Origin: Callorhinchus milii
Lineage: Eukaryota
Assembly: GCF_018977255.1 (NCBI RefSeq)
Contig: NW_024704743.1
Span: forward strand, 24,182,001 to 24,246,000
Reading direction: 5' to 3'
Length of the DNA: 64,000 nucleotides
This document shows, piece after piece, positions 62,001 to 64,000 of the stretch; the stretch's first letter is position 1; each line of letters starts with the position of its first letter. The notes beneath the pieces are model-generated. The model worked only from the letters and a program-made list of their open reading frames with translations. It was not told the DNA's origin and made no database searches. The position numbers were made by a program, and so were the translations under genes.

Positions 62001-62814
62001 CACTGATGTCACTTGCATACTGAGCATTTGTTCTGTATATTTTGTTTGTGCTTTGTTTGTCACAAAACCCCAGAGACCCCCGGTGACCAGATTATAATGA
62101 GGTTGCCCTGTATGTGGACTCAGTGTCAGTTGGCAAGTCTAGCCTTCTGCTCTACATGAAAACTCAGTTTGGTACAATTGCTGATCCAAGTCAAACAGTC
62201 CAGGGCAGTGGCCAGTGTCACCGTCTGCTTCATTTTCTGTCCTCCAACACAGACACAAACATGAAGGAATTAAAGCAAGAGAAGGTTGGGACTGTCTGGT
62301 CATGGGAAGTGAGCAATGAAAATTGGAATAATACAGGATACACTGTGTATGAGGGAAGGATTTAATATTCATGTGTGAATATGTGTGTGTACATATGGTG
62401 TACATATGGATGTCTTGACTGGCACAGAATTTTATAAATATTTTAAACAGAACTCACATACACCACACAATATTACAGTCAACCTGATTGAAATGTTCAT
62501 GTGGGTGAAGTAAGGGAAAATCTAAAGTTTAAAATGTCTTATCCATTGATATCTAGGATGCTCTGAAGCTATGGGAGAGCAACCTAAAAATAATGTAGCA
62601 AAACATGACCATTATGATGAATGCTAAAATTAAGATAAGCAAATACTTACTTGATGGCTGAATATGGTAAATCTTGGGCAGAATTACTGGAGAGATAAAA
62701 AGCAGGATGTGAGGGTGCAGGGTGGGTGGGTACTGCAAGTTTGTCCTTTTTTAACAAAGACTCTGTGGACAGTGGGTGTTCACGACTGCTGGATCTCAGG
62801 GCACTGTCTGAGAG
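28914..62814 (-). CDS. GSE1: GSE1-like (genetic suppressor element 1 family) coiled-coil protein, 12 exons, 5'-partial
   Basis: join(62814..62651,59770..59561,58426..58238,55973..55612,51846..51573,50355..49700,46915..46803,43221..42957,39300..38947,35199..34957,34022..33919,29033..28914) = 3054 nt open frame. Collinear GSE1 motifs: [85 protein letters not shown]. Family is confident; ortholog versus paralog is not resolved. Confidence 0.92.
32320..32655 (+). mobile_element. Degraded L2 3' fragment
   Basis: PILAWLHWL remnant and shared tail. Confidence 0.7.
33085..33372 (-). mobile_element. Full-length tRNA-derived SINE
   Basis: Reverse-complement homolog of 11016-11348. Confidence 0.9.
33919..34022 (-). 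CDS. GSE1: GSE1-like exon (EKNLEQQLL...[10 protein letters not shown])
   Basis: CATTTTGCAG| acceptor, |GTAAGA donor, phase 1->0. Confidence 0.92.
34957..35199 (-). CDS. GSE1: GSE1-like exon (...ESESEDE...[16 protein letters not shown])
   Basis: ATTGTTTCAG| acceptor, |GTAAGA donor, phase 1->1. Confidence 0.92.
36030..36660 (-). mobile_element. CR1-type LINE 3' fragment
   Basis: GGAGGCCATTCAGCCC..CCTGTGCCAGCTC tail and CAATACTCCAGCTGAG typical of CR1 3' regions. Confidence 0.75.
36875..37150. repeat. Degenerate (GT/CT)n simple repeat
   Basis: Direct inspection. Confidence 0.8.
38947..39300 (-). CDS. GSE1: GSE1-like exon (...[12 protein letters not shown]...)
   Basis: TTTTCATCTGGCAG| acceptor, |GTAATG donor, phase 1->1. 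Confidence 0.82.
40935..41287 (+). mobile_element. Ancient DeuSINE-like (SacSINE1/AmnSINE-type) element
   Basis: GCTGACACT..GGGAGTGCTGCATTG..GATGAGATGTTAAA core recalled from the Deu domain. Confidence 0.72.
41533..41850 (+). mobile_element. R4/Dong-like (restriction-like endonuclease) non-LTR retrotransposon 3' fragment
   Basis: Frameshifted [12 protein letters not shown]...GATG...[24 protein letters not shown], stop ~41746. Confidence 0.7.
42957..43221 (-). CDS. GSE1: GSE1-like exon ([13 protein letters not shown]...[13 protein letters not shown]...EEKKEFL)
   Basis: CTTCTCACAG| acceptor, |GTGAGT donor, phase 0->1. Confidence 0.93.
43890..44200 (+). mobile_element. CR1-type LINE 3' fragment
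   Basis: VTRRHRYKI...[17 protein letters not shown]. Confidence 0.8.
44330..44570 (-). mobile_element. SINE lacking the first ~30 nt of its head
   Basis: Ends at CTTGCGAGGC; a matching head start is at 43320-43339 in the opposite orientation. Confidence 0.85.
44728..45868 (+). mobile_element. L2 LINE RT C-terminal half and 3' tail
   Basis: [34 protein letters not shown]; (TTG)n tail. Confidence 0.93.
46803..46915 (-). CDS. GSE1: GSE1-like exon (...[14 protein letters not shown])
   Basis: CATTTCCCAG| acceptor, |GTAGGC donor, phase 1->0. Confidence 0.87.
47030..47575 (-). mobile_element. Older L2 3' fragment
   Basis: [19 protein letters not shown] remnants. Confidence 0.75.
48130..49016. 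repeat. Unclassified interspersed repeat, rearranged; homolog at ~17370-17525 plus 18100-18480
   Basis: Multiple shared blocks, e.g. CTTAAGAGTATC.AAACCAA.CTGAGAATT and GGGATGCATCCTG.TTACCTAATTC. Confidence 0.8.
49700..50355 (-). CDS. GSE1: GSE1-like exon (APPPLISP...[16 protein letters not shown])
   Basis: CTTTCTCCTGCAG| acceptor, |GTAAGA donor, 656 nt, phase 2->1. Confidence 0.92.
51573..51846 (-). CDS. GSE1: GSE1-like exon (...[18 protein letters not shown]...)
   Basis: TTTTTCAAAG| acceptor, |GTGAGT donor, phase 1->2. Confidence 0.85.
53919..54085 (-). mobile_element. L2 3' tail fragment
   Basis: Closely similar to 3177-3340. Confidence 0.85.
55612..55973 (-). CDS. GSE1: GSE1-like exon, E/R/K-rich coiled coil
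   Basis: TCTACAG| acceptor, |GTATTG donor; [20 protein letters not shown]... parallels the GSE1 RE-repeat; phase 2->1. Confidence 0.85.
56085..56845 (+). mobile_element. Two tandem L2 3' fragments (junction ~56345)
   Basis: Two TTG tails; [21 protein letters not shown]. Confidence 0.88.
58238..58426 (-). CDS. GSE1: GSE1-like exon ([14 protein letters not shown]...[13 protein letters not shown])
   Basis: TTTTATTCACAG| acceptor, |GTCAGT donor, phase 2->2. Confidence 0.9.
58985..59420 (-). mobile_element. DeuSINE-like element
   Basis: Reverse-complement homolog of 40935-41287. Confidence 0.72.
59561..59770 (-). CDS. GSE1: GSE1-like exon (LQRPVPH...[11 protein letters not shown]...HPTYR)
   Basis: CTTTGCAG| acceptor, |GTAAGT donor, phase 2->2, strong motif match. 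Confidence 0.92.
60138..60518 (-). mobile_element. SINE, long-body variant
   Basis: Same head and tail plus ~70 nt extra body, also seen at 22801-23085 and 52455-52760. Confidence 0.85.
61140..61400 (-). mobile_element. L2 3' fragment
   Basis: Same tail motif (GGAGGACGTCCCAA) and 3' UTR. Confidence 0.75.
62651..62814 (-). CDS. GSE1: GSE1-like exon ([13 protein letters not shown]...AQDLPYSAI(N))
   Basis: TTCTCTCACCAG| acceptor, |GTAAGT donor, phase 0->2; not in the ORF track. Confidence 0.8.
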
Positions 62815-64000
62815 CTGGTGAGAGAATAAAATTATTGTTAGCTATCGCAAACCTTAATGCTAGCATCTGCTTGTAACAGCCAAGGAGGAAGAGTGCATCA
62901 TTTCATATGCAATTAAACAATTAGAGCTTGATTGGAGTATAAACGGAGAAATACTAATTTACATATTCACATGCTGGTGTTTTCATAATTAATCCTTTTC
63001 TACATAAGCAGGGCTGCCTTCTGTCTCTGTCTGTCTGGATCTGTGTTACTCTCTCACTCCAGGGACCTTATTTAATACAATATGCAATGGAGGAAAACTG
63101 TATTCGTGCCAACGAATTCACCAAAAACTAATTTTAGTTGAATGCATGTATTTCAATGATACCTAATGTTATAGTCAGTGCCACATAATTAGTTCACCGG
63201 CAAACTCCATTTTAACATAAATGTAGAAAGCATATACTCATTTTGCACAAGTAACTGAACAAAATAAATCATGACGATAGGAATACATAAAAATATTTTT
63301 ATACGTTTGTACAAAAACAACTGCATACATTTGTGCCTGCTACATGTATGTACTACAATGGTAAAATCAGATTTACGCACTCCATATTTTTGTTACCTCA
63401 ATGCGCTACCCTCTTTTTAAAGTAAAGGATTTTTTCAAATTCTATTTATTGAATTTGATATGTTCAGTAAAGTAATACAGATACATGATTCTGTTTTCAA
63501 TCTGAGGTCAATTTAATCCCAGTTGGATGCCATGTAACAGCCTAAAGCACATTACAAAACAAGCAGAAAGAGGAAACAGGACACGGAGCAGATGCCCACA
63601 GTTCCAAGAGCTTCAGTCGTACCACCGAACTAGGTTGGTTGAGCATGGTACTTAGCATCAGAAGTTCTGGATTGAAGTTCACTTTGGACCACACAATCCT
63701 ATTCTTTTCAATGTCAGTAAACTGAATACCATGTCTGAAGCAATGTGAAATTGGGGCATCCCCTGGGTTGAATTGGCTCCAACAAGCCTGGCCTGCAGCA
63801 ATCCAAGGCCATTATAGTCAACAAGGCTGCCCAGCACATCAATGAAACTTGGAAGTCTGGACGTATCCTCAAACTGCGAGATATAGTCCTGAATGACTAG
63901 GGCAGTCATAGATGGGCAAGTTTTGTACAATTTACAGTTAAATAGCGTCTTATACGTCTCAAAGTGTTTCACACAGCTAGTTGGGCACCCAAACCAGTGG

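Overview
Repeat-rich vertebrate genomic DNA. The SINE, L2 and CR1 content suggests a cartilaginous fish, probably a holocephalan (inference). No prokaryotic features are present. There are two minus-strand protein-coding genes in tandem. (1) The last 12 coding exons (62814->28914; 3054 nt, 1017 aa, all GT-AG and phase-consistent) and 3' UTR of a divergent GSE1-family gene whose 5' end lies to the right of the window. (2) The CpG-island promoter and first two coding exons (15272-15254, 2555-2459) of the RING-CH E3 ligase MARCHF6, which continues to the left of the window. Between them is an intact tRNA-Thr(AGT) gene (21505-21578), with long low-complexity satellites nearby. The rest is mostly tRNA-derived SINEs (about 30 pieces) that share a 3' tail with L2 LINEs, plus L2 and CR1 fragments. 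The most notable observations are a probable second GSE1 paralog next to MARCHF6, a reconstructable 1.2-kb intronic inversion with a templated insertion, a 31-bp minisatellite abutting the MARCHF6 exon 1 donor, an R4/Dong-like fragment within TAA repeats, and an unclassified modular repeat. I found no convincing wholly new biological system. All homology calls are from recall, not database searches.
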